A stretch of 64,000 nt of DNA from the human T2T-CHM13v2.0 reference genome, Homo sapiens. Below the pieces are notes generated by a model that was not told the origin of the DNA, did not search any database, and saw nothing but the letters and a program-made list of their open reading frames with translations. The translations under genes and the position numbers were made by a program. Positions within the stretch are counted from its first letter, which is position 1. Every line of letters begins with the position of its first letter. The DNA lies in assembly GCF_009914755.1 (NCBI RefSeq), contig NC_060947.1; one strand, written 5' to 3'. This document shows, piece after piece, positions 51,069-64,000 of the stretch.

Positions 51069-52843
51069 CAGGGCAGAACTAAATAAACTACATCAAAAAC
51101 CAAACCAATACAAAGTAATCAATAAAACAAAAAACTCACTCTTCAAAACAAAAAAGGTTTCTTTTTTGTTCTGATAAACAAAACAAAACAAAATAAAACA
51201 AAAAGAATTGATAAACAGAACTGATAAACCACTAGCTAGACTAACCACTGCAATTCATAACATACACATAAAAATGATCATCGGATACTCTTTTGAACAA
51301 CTAAATGCTCACAAACTTAACAACCTAAAGACAATAGATACATTTTGGGACACAACTAACCTCCCAAAAACTGTAAAAAGAAAAAGAAATGGAAATCCAG
51401 AACAGATCAACAATGAAGAAGGAGATTGGAATAGTAATAAAAGAAAACCCCAAAAACAAAAAAATCCATACCCATACAGATTCACAGCTGAATTCTACCA
51501 AACCTACAAAGAAGAATTAATATGAATACTCCTGAAATTGTTCCAAAAATGTGAGGAGGACAGAATTTCCCTTACTTCATTCTAAGAAGCCAGTATCATC
51601 CTGATATATAAACCAAACAAGGACACAGAAAATAGAAACCAGAAAAAGTACAGACCAATAACACTGATGAACATTGAAGCAAAAATCCTCAAAAAAATAC
51701 TAGTGAACCAAATCCAACAGCACATCACAAAGATACTGCACAGTGATCAAGTGGGTTTTATAACATAGATGAAAGGATGGTTCAATATACACACATCAGT
51801 ACATGTGATACATTATATAAAAATAATTGAGAATAAAAATCACATGATCATCTCAATATACACAGAGAAAACTTTTCATAAAATTCAGCATCCCTTCATG
51901 ATAAAATACTCAATAAACTAAGAATAAAAAGAACATAACTCAAAATGACAAAGACCATATACAAGAAATGCAAAACCAACATCATAGTCAATAGAGAAAA
52001 GTCGAAAGCTTTTCCTCTAAGAACTTAAATAAGACAAGAATGCAACTTTCACCACTCATATTAAACAGAGAACTAAAAGTCCTAGCCAGAGCATTCAGGA
52101 AAGAGAAAGAAATAAAAGCCATCTAAGTTGGACAAGAGGAAGTGATATTATTGCTATTTGCAGATGTTATGCTTATGTATCTATAAAATCCTAAAGATTC
52201 AACCAAAAATTTCCTAGATTTGATAAATGAGTTCAATACAGATTTAGGATACAAAAGAAAGGTATAAAAATCAGTAGCCTATTTATACAACAATAATCTT
52301 ATCTGAGAACAAACTCAAGAAGGAAATTCCATTCACAATATCTACAATAAATGCTCAGGAATATATTTAACCAAGAAGGTGAAAGAAAAACTGCAAAACA
52401 CTGACAAAATAAATTATAGATAATACAAATGGAAAAACATCTCATGCTCATGAATTGGAAAAATTAATACAGTTAAAATGACCATACTGACCAAAACAAT
52501 CTAGAGATTAAATCCAATCATGTCAAAATATAAATGTTATTCTTTCACAGAATTAGTAAAACAATAGTGAAATTCACACAAAACCAGAAAAGTGTGTAGA
52601 TGGCCAAAGCAATCCTAAGTGAAAAGAACAAAGGTGGAGGCATCACATTACCTGACTTCAAATTATACTACAAGGCTATAGTAACCAAACAGCATGAAAC
52701 TGGTATGAAAATAGATACATATGTTAATGGATCAGAATAGAGGACCCAGAAATAAAGCCACATGTCTACAGCCAACTGATCTCTGACAAAGTTGACAAGA
52801 ACATACATTGAAGAATGACACTCTTTTCAATCAATGGTGCTGG

Positions 52844-55501
52844 AGCTCTTGCACTAACACTGAACAGAAAACAGTGGATACTTCCCAGCCCTGAGCAGCC
52901 ACTCCTGATTGTGGAGCACTGAGACGGCGCCCAGACTTGTGCCTGCCAGAAGCCCACCCTTGAGCCAGCACCATCTCCAGCATGACCACATGCCCCATGA
53001 ACCAACATCTGAGTCAAAAACTTTGCCAGCATGTCTATAGACACCATCAGGGGCTGCCTGTACCTCCCTCCCACCCTGCATTGCCTTCACCACTGTGGTG
53101 AACATTTGCAGAGAGGCAGGCACCCTGGCACCAACTTACCACACTGCTGCAGCTGCTGCTACTGCTGTTGCTGGCATATGTGAATGAGGAAGGATCTGGC
53201 TGTAAACATACTATAAAACGCTTTGGCTGACACTACCCATTGGAGTGTAGTGAACAGCAGTGCAGGAGCACCTTGGCCCTCATAGTGCAGTAAATTCCTA
53301 AATTCAAGGAGGCAGAGAACAAAGTTGAGACCCAATACAAGTTCCCCACAGTTAGAGAATGCAGTCCAAAAGTTGGGAGGTAAGCGCTGGCCACCTAAAA
53401 TCTTTCAGAAATGAAGCCAGTTGGCTGTAAGGACTAAGATCTGAATTTTTTTTTAATCTTGTCCAAATTCTTATGTAAGGGATCTGAGGAGTCATGCCCT
53501 ACAAACTATAAATTATCATCTGATGGGTTTTATTTAACCCTGTATATCGTGACTTACTTTCCAATCTGACTCTGGCATAACCTTATGTGACAAAGAAGAA
53601 AATAAAAATATTTTACCCCAAAATGCTTCATCATATTTTGAAATGGCCCTTCAAAACCATCCTTTGTGGGGGAAATTTGCATATGTAAAGACTCTCTAAT
53701 AATATAGCTAGATCTTTTTCTTCCAGGCCCTCCCAATCCTGAAGATATTAACTGAGATTCTAGCACCTTTTAAAGATCTGAATAGGAAATATTTGTCATC
53801 TATTGTCTGTAAGGGCAGCCACTATGAGACTTCAGAAACCTTGGTCTCCATAATCTTTTATCTTAACCTGAACATTTCCTTTCTATTAATCCCAGGTCTT
53901 TAGACAAACTCAACCAAGAGTAAACAAGAAAATGTTTAAATTCACCCAAAGCCTGGAAGCCCCTTCTTCGAATTTTCCTGCCTTTCTCGACCAAACCAAT
54001 GTATTTCTCAAATGTATTTAATTGATGTTTCATGCCTCCCTAAAATGTATAACACCAAGCTGCACCCCAACCATCTTGGACACATGTTCTCAGGACCTCC
54101 TGAGGGCTGTATCACAGGCCATGGTCACTCATATTGGGCTCAGGACAAATCTCTTAAAATATTTTACGGAGTTTGACTCTTTTCATCAACGGCTGCATCC
54201 AACTTATACCACAATCAAGCCCTCAAAATAATTAGATAGGATAAAATAAAGTAAGCAACAGCAAAGATTGTAGGAAGATAAGCACGGAAAGAAGAGAAAG
54301 AATCAACCCAAGAATCCTGAAGACTCAAAAAGCCCAGGTACCTTCTTTCCTCCAAATGACCACATCACCTCTCCTGCAAGAGTTCTGAACCAGGTTGAGA
54401 TGGCTGAAAGGACAAAAATATAATTCAGAATATGAATAGGAATGAAGATCATTGAGCTACAGGAGTACACTGAAACCCAATCCAAGGAAGCTAAAAATCA
54501 TGATAAAACAATTCAGAAGTTGACAGACAAAATAGCCAGTATAGGAAATAACATTACTGTCCTGATAGAGCTGAAAAACACACTATGAGAACTTCACAAT
54601 GCAATCATAAGTATCAATGGCAGAATAGACCAAGTGGAAAGAAAGAATCTCAGAGCTTGAAGCCTATCTTTTTGGAATAAGACAGGCAAACAAGAACAGA
54701 CATAAAAAGAATGCAAAGGAATGAACAAAATCTTTGGGAGGTATGGGATTATGTAAAGAGACCAAATCTACGATTCAATGGTGTACCTGAAAGAGATGGG
54801 GAGAATGGAATCACTTGGAAAACATTTCAGGATATCATCCATGAGAACTTCCTCAACCTAGATAGAAAGGCAAACATTTAAATTCAGGAAATGCAGAGAA
54901 GCACAGTTAGACACTTTACAAGAAGATCATCTCCAAGACACATAATCATCTAATTCTCCAAGGTCAAAAAAAAAAAAAATGTTAATGGCAGCTACAGAGA
55001 AAGGTCAGGTCACCTACAAAAAGAAGTCCATTAGACTAACAGCAGACCTCTCAGCAGAAACCCTACAAACAAGAACAGATTGAGGACGAATATTCAACAT
55101 TCTTAAAAAAAAAAAATTCCAAAACCAGAATTTCATATCCATCCAAACTATGCTTCATAAGTGAAGGAGAAATAAAATCCTTTTCAGACAAGCAAATGCA
55201 GAGGAAGTTTGTTATCAGCAGACTTGCCTTATAAGAGCTCCTGAAGGAAGCACTAAATGTGGAAAAGAAAAACAGTTACCAGTCACTAAAAAAACACACT
55301 GATGTAAAAACACACCAGTGACACTATAAAGCAACCACACAAATAAGTGTGCAAAATAACCAGCTAATATTATGACAGAATCAAATCCACACGTCAATAC
55401 TAACCTTGAATGTAAATATGCTAAGTGCCCCAATTAAAAGTCACAGAGTGGCAAGGTAAATAAAGAAACAAGACCTAAAACTATGCTGTCTTCAAGAGAC
55501 C
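52844..55501 (+). mobile_element. L1PB-like partial 5'UTR, ORF1 and ORF2 start
   Basis: ORF1-like text (GGGATTATGTAAAGAGACCAAATCTAC, CAGCAGAAACCCTACAA); ORF2 start ATGACAGAATCAAATCCACAC at ~55372. Confidence 0.8.
53428..54191 (+). mobile_element. MER4-family solo LTR (same type as 12204-12959)
   Basis: TAAGGACTAAGATCTGA...GACTCTTTTCATCAACG; TSD GCTG at 53424-53427 and 54192-54195. Confidence 0.82.
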
Positions 55502-55770
55502 CAGGAAGTAAGACACAGGAAGACAGACACCTCGTGTTCTCACTTATAAGTAGGAGATAAATGACATGTAAACATGGACTTAGAGTGTAGAATAATACAC
55601 AATATAGACTCAAGGATGGGGATTTGGCAGATGAAATATTAATTAATGGATACAATGTACATTATTCTGGTGATGGATATACTAAAAGCCCTGACTTCAC
55701 CACTATACAATATATCCATGTAACATTATTACACTTGTACCCCATAAATTTATACAAATAAAATAAAATG
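55502..55770 (+). mobile_element. L1M 3'-terminal fragment
   Basis: GTTCTCACTTATAAGTAGGAG...CTAAAAGCCCTGACTTCACCACTATAC...CCCATAAATTTATACAAATAAAA. Confidence 0.8.
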
Positions 55771-55839
55771 AATACAGTCATACAGCCTACTGGTATGCAT
55801 GTACACTGTGAAATATAATAACATTATATTATTTTTATT

Positions 55840-57250
55840 TTTCTATTTTTTATTATTGATATATAACATAAATTTTAGTATTTTAAAATGTGTACTTCAG
55901 CAGTTTTCAGTATTTTCACAATGCTGTGCAACTATTACCACTATCTAATTAGAGAACATTTCCATACTCCCATGTTCATTAACATATACTCTCCATCATC
56001 TTCATCTCTAAGTCATTGGCAAACATTTATCTACTTTATATCTCCATGAAATTGCCTACACTTGACATCCTTTTTCTTCCAGGGAGCATCTTTTCAACAT
56101 TCATCCATTTTGGAGCACATATCAGTAATTAATTTATTTTTATGGCCCAATATATTATTGTTTTGCTAGACCACATTTTGTTTAACCATTGATGGACTTT
56201 TTTTTTGTGTACAAGATTTTGTTTGAACATATGGTTTCAATTCTTATGGTTATAGAGTTAGGATTAGAATTGATAGGTCACATTGGCATTCTACAGTGAA
56301 TTATTTTATAAACTGTGAAAGTATTTTCCATAGCAGCTGCACTATTTTACATTCCCTCCTTCAATATATGAGGATTCAAATTTTGCAAATCACCAATACC
56401 ATTTATTTCCTTATTAAAATATTTATAGCCATCCCAGTGGATATAAAGAATACCTTACTGGTTTGCATTTCCCTATATGATTAATGATGTTGAACATATT
56501 TTTGTGTGTTCATTTGTCATATATACGTCTTCTTTGGAGAAGTATCTATTCACATAATTTGGTTATGTTTTAACTGACCAAATTATTTTTGTTTTTCTCT
56601 TTTTATTGTTGTTTTAAGTGTTCATTATATGTTATGTACACTAGACTCTAATCAGATATATTGATGGCTTGAAAAGGCTTTCTCTAATTCTGTAGATTGT
56701 CTTTTCATGGTAGTGTCCTTCAATGTACAAAATAAATTTTGAAGTCAAATTTATCTATATTGTCATTTCTTGCTTGATCTTTGTGTCATACTTTAAAAAG
56801 GTGCCTAATCAAATGTCATTAAAATTTTCATTTTTTATCTAAACATTTTATACTTTTACCTCTCACATTCAAGTCTTTGATACATATGAGTGCAACTCCA
56901 TTATTTTGTATGTGCATATCCATTTGTTCCAGGACCATTTGTTGAAAAGGCTATTCCTTCCCCATTAAATTGTCCTGGCAATCCTTTTTAAGATCAATTG
57001 AATATTAATGCATGGGTTAATTTCTGCACTCTGAATTCTATTATATTACCTTATATAGGTCTACCCTTATGACAGTAGCACATTGTCTTAACTACTATAG
57101 CTTTGTAGTAATTTGTGAAAACGGGAAGTGTGGTTCTCCAAATTTCCTCTGCTCCATCAAGATTGTTTTGGCAATACTGAGCCCCAATTTTCCAATTTTA
57201 TGATTAGCTTGTACGTTTCTGCAAAGAAAAGACTATTGTGGTTTTGAAAG
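55840..57250 (-). mobile_element. Old L1MB/MC 3' portion
   Basis: Antisense 3'UTR and ORF2-end text (TTTTCCATAGCAGCTGCACTATTTTACATTCCC). Confidence 0.72.
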
Positions 57251-57254
57251 GGAT

Positions 57255-57700
57255 TTCAGAGAAACATAGAGGAAAAGACAAACTTTATTTCCCTCTATGC
57301 CCACCTAACACAGCACAGAACACTGCACTTCTATTATTAATATGTGAGGATTATTCCCTCACACACCAAGCAATTCTTCAATGGACACCAACTGGGTATT
57401 CCATTATTCAATTCCGACAGTATTTAGTTGGGTTGGATAGTGTCAGATCTTGTGAGATATCACAAGATCATATCTCACAAGATCTAGTGTGCTAAATCTT
57501 GTGAGATGGAGCCCTCACAGGTTGAGGCCTCTATCTCACAGGAATGTCCCCGCTTCAACACTAATTGGAAGTAGCAGGTTGTCACCTGTACTTCTGAGTG
57601 TCCAGCTATGTATCAGAATTCCCATAGCTCCCAACTTAGGTTTAATTGGGTAGGACAGCTTGTGGAACTCAGGAAACATGTACATTTACTAATTTAGTAT
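57255..57700 (-). mobile_element. MER21-like LTR fragment
   Basis: CACCAAGCAATTCT...GGACACCAACTGGGT...TTCAATTC...CACAGGTTGAGG...GAACTCAGGAAAC. Confidence 0.65.
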
Positions 57701-57945
57701 TTTTTTAATGGAATGGATTTTTATTTTCTAGAATTTTTTAAATTATACTTTAAGTTCTAGGGTACATGTCCACAATGTGCAGGTTTCTTACATATGTATA
57801 CATGTGCCGTGTTGGTGTGCTGCACCCATTAACTCGTCATTTACATTAGGTATATCTCCTAATGCTATCCCTCCCTTCTTCCCCCACCCCACCACAGGCC
57901 CCAGTGTGTGATGTTCCCCACCCTGTGTCCAAGTGTTCTCATTGT

Positions 57946-61668
<3,723 letters not shown>

Positions 61669-61731
61669 TATGATGTTAGCTGGTTATTTTGCTCGTTAGT
61701 TGATGCAGTTTCTTCCTAGTATCAATGGGCT

Positions 61732-62754
61732 TTACAATTTGGCATGTTTTTGCAGTGGCTGGTACTGGTTGTTCGTTTCCATGTTTAATGCTTCCTTCAA
61801 GAGCTCTTGTAAGGCAGGCCTGGTGGTGACAAAATTTTGCAGCATTTGCTTGTCTGTAAAGAATTTTATTTCTCCTTCTCTCATGAAGGTTAGTTTGGCT
61901 GGATATGAAATTCTGGATTGAAAATTCTTTCCTTAATAATGTTGAATATTGGCCCCAACTCTCTTCTGGCTTGTAGAGTTTCTGCCGAGAGATCCACTGT
62001 TAGTCTGATGGGCTTCCCTTTGTGGGTAACCCAACCTTTCTCTCTGGCTGCCCTTAACATTTTTTCCTTCATTTCAACTTTGGTGAATCTGAAAATTATG
62101 TGTCTTGGACTTGCTCTTCTCAAGGCCTATCTTTGTGGCATTCTCTGTATTTCTTGAATTTGAATGTTGGCCTGCCTTGCTAGGTTGGGGAAGTTCTCCT
62201 GGATAATATCCTGGAGAGTGTTTTCCAACTTGGTTCCATTCTCCCCGTCACTTTCAGGTACACCAATCAGATGTAGATTTGGTTTTTTCCCATAGTCCCA
62301 TATTTCTTGGAGGCTTTGTTCAGTTCTTTTTACTCTTTTTTCTCTAAACTTCTCTTCTCGGTTCATTTCATTCATTTGATCTTCAATCACTGATACCATT
62401 TCTTACATTTGATTGAATTGGCTACTGAAGCTTGTGAGTGCGTCATGTAATTCTCGTGCCATGGTTTTCAGCTCCATCAGGTCATTTAAGGTCTCCTCTA
62501 CACTGCTTATTCTAGTTAGCCATTTTTCTAATTTTTTTTAAGGTTTTTAGCTCCTTGCGATGGGTTCAAACATCCTCCTTTAGCTCGGAGAAGTTTGTTA
62601 TTTCCGATCATCTGAAGCCTTCTTTTCTCAACTCATCAAAGTCATTCTCCGTCGAGCTTTGTTCCATTGCTGGCGTGGAGCTGCGATCCTTTGGAGGAGA
62701 AGAGGCACTCTGATTTTTAGAATTTTCAGCTTTTCTGCTCTGGTTTCTCCCCAT
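61732..62754 (-). pseudogene. L1 ORF1p, disrupted
   Basis: ATG GGG AGA AAC CAG AGC at 62754; SLQEIWDY, ENFPNLARQ, GKPIRLTVDLSAETLQARR; frameshifts and stops. Confidence 0.9.
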
Positions 62755-63766
62755 CTTTGTGGTTTAATCTACCTTTGGTCTTTGATGATAGTGACGCACA
62801 GATGGGGTTTTGGTGTTGATGTCCTGTTTGTTAGCTGTCCTTCTAACAGTCAGGACCCTCAGCTGCAGGTCTGTTGGAGTTTGCTGGAGGTCTACTCCAG
62901 ACCATGTTTGCCTGGGTATCACCAGCAGAGGCTGCAGAACAGCAAATATTGCAGAACAGCAAATGTTGCTGCCTGATCCTTCCTCTGAAAGCTTCATCTC
63001 AGAGGGGCACCCGGCTGTATGAGGTGCCAGTAGGCCCCTACTGGGAGATGTCTCCCAGTTAGGCTACTTGGGGGTCAGGGACCCACTTGAGGAGGCAGTC
63101 TGTCCATTGTCGGATCTCAAACTCTGTGCTGGGAGAACCACTACTCTGTTCAATGCTGTTAGACAGGGATGTTTAAGTCTGCAAAAGTTTCTGCTGCCTT
63201 TTGTTCAGCTATGCCCTGCCCCCAGAGGTGGAGTCTACAGAGGCAGGCAGGCCTCCTTGAGCTGCAGTGGGCTCCATCCAGTTTGAGCTTCCCAGCTGCT
63301 GTGTTTACCTACTCAAGCCTCAGCAACGGTGGATGCCCCTCCCCCAGTCTTGCTGCCGCCTTGCAGTTCGATCTCAGACTGCTATGTTAGCAATGAGTGA
63401 GGCTCTGTGGGCATGGGACCCTCCGAGCCAGGTGTGGGAAATAATCTCCTGGTCTGCCATTTGCTAAGACTGTTGGAAAAGCACAGTATTAGGGTAGGAG
63501 TGTCCCGATTGTCCAGGTACCATCTGTCATGGTTTTCCTTGGCTAGGAAAGGGAATTCCCCAACTGCTTGTGCTTCCCGGGTAAGGCCATGCTCTTCCCT
63601 GCTTCAGCTCACACTCGGTGGGCTGCACCCACTGTCCGACAAGCCCCATTGAGATGAACCTGGTACCTCAGTTGGAAATGCAGAAATCCCCCATCTTCTG
63701 CGTTGCTCATGCTGGGAGCTGTAGACTGGAGCTGTTCCTATTTGGCCATCTTTAGAATTGTAATAC

Positions 63767-64000
63767 AAGATAGCCAAAAAATGCAGCCAGAAAGAGCATT
63801 TCTCACCAAGAGACCAGACCATTAAGAAGACTGGCACACTCTGAACAGATCTTCAGAAGGAAGGCACTGAGTATATACAGAGGAAGGATGCAGATCTTGA
63901 GCTGAAGGGAAAGGAAGCTGGAAACCCTGCACAGGGCTGGCAAGCAACCGGACTCATTCATGATCCCAGTGGCTCTCCTAGGGAGGTGGTATGTTAAATA
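63767..64000 (+). mobile_element. 5' end of an older L1 (L1PB/old L1PA type), continuing past the window
   Basis: CAAGATAGCC...GCAGCCAGAAAGAGC...AAGACTGGCACACTCTGAACAGATCTT...GGAAGCTGGAAACCCTGCAC. Confidence 0.7.

Overview
Primate (very probably human) genomic DNA made almost entirely of nested retroelements. I recognise no intact host protein-coding exon. Old minus-strand L1s form a scaffold across ~0.25-36.4 kb. It hosts ten Alus in the whole window, an SVA with a multi-segment 3' transduction (3654-5923), an MST (MaLR) provirus with further ERV1 insertions inside it (~7952-14221), several ERV1 solo LTRs, and an LTR2/Harlequin mosaic provirus (20304-27962, TSD CCAC). A complete but decayed HERV-F-type provirus with a tRNA-Phe PBS lies on the minus strand (37789-46233). 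It is followed by plus-strand L1 chimeras and a near-full-length minus-strand L1PA (~57736-63752) sitting head-to-head with another L1 5' end. The only repeat-poor island (~37.1-37.6 kb) has a minus-strand TATA box, a candidate short first exon and a GTAAG donor just downstream of the HERV-F 3' LTR. Several small templated or snap-back insertion scars are also visible. Subfamily names come from recall of consensus sequences, not from a search. I see no evidence for a new protein-coding system.
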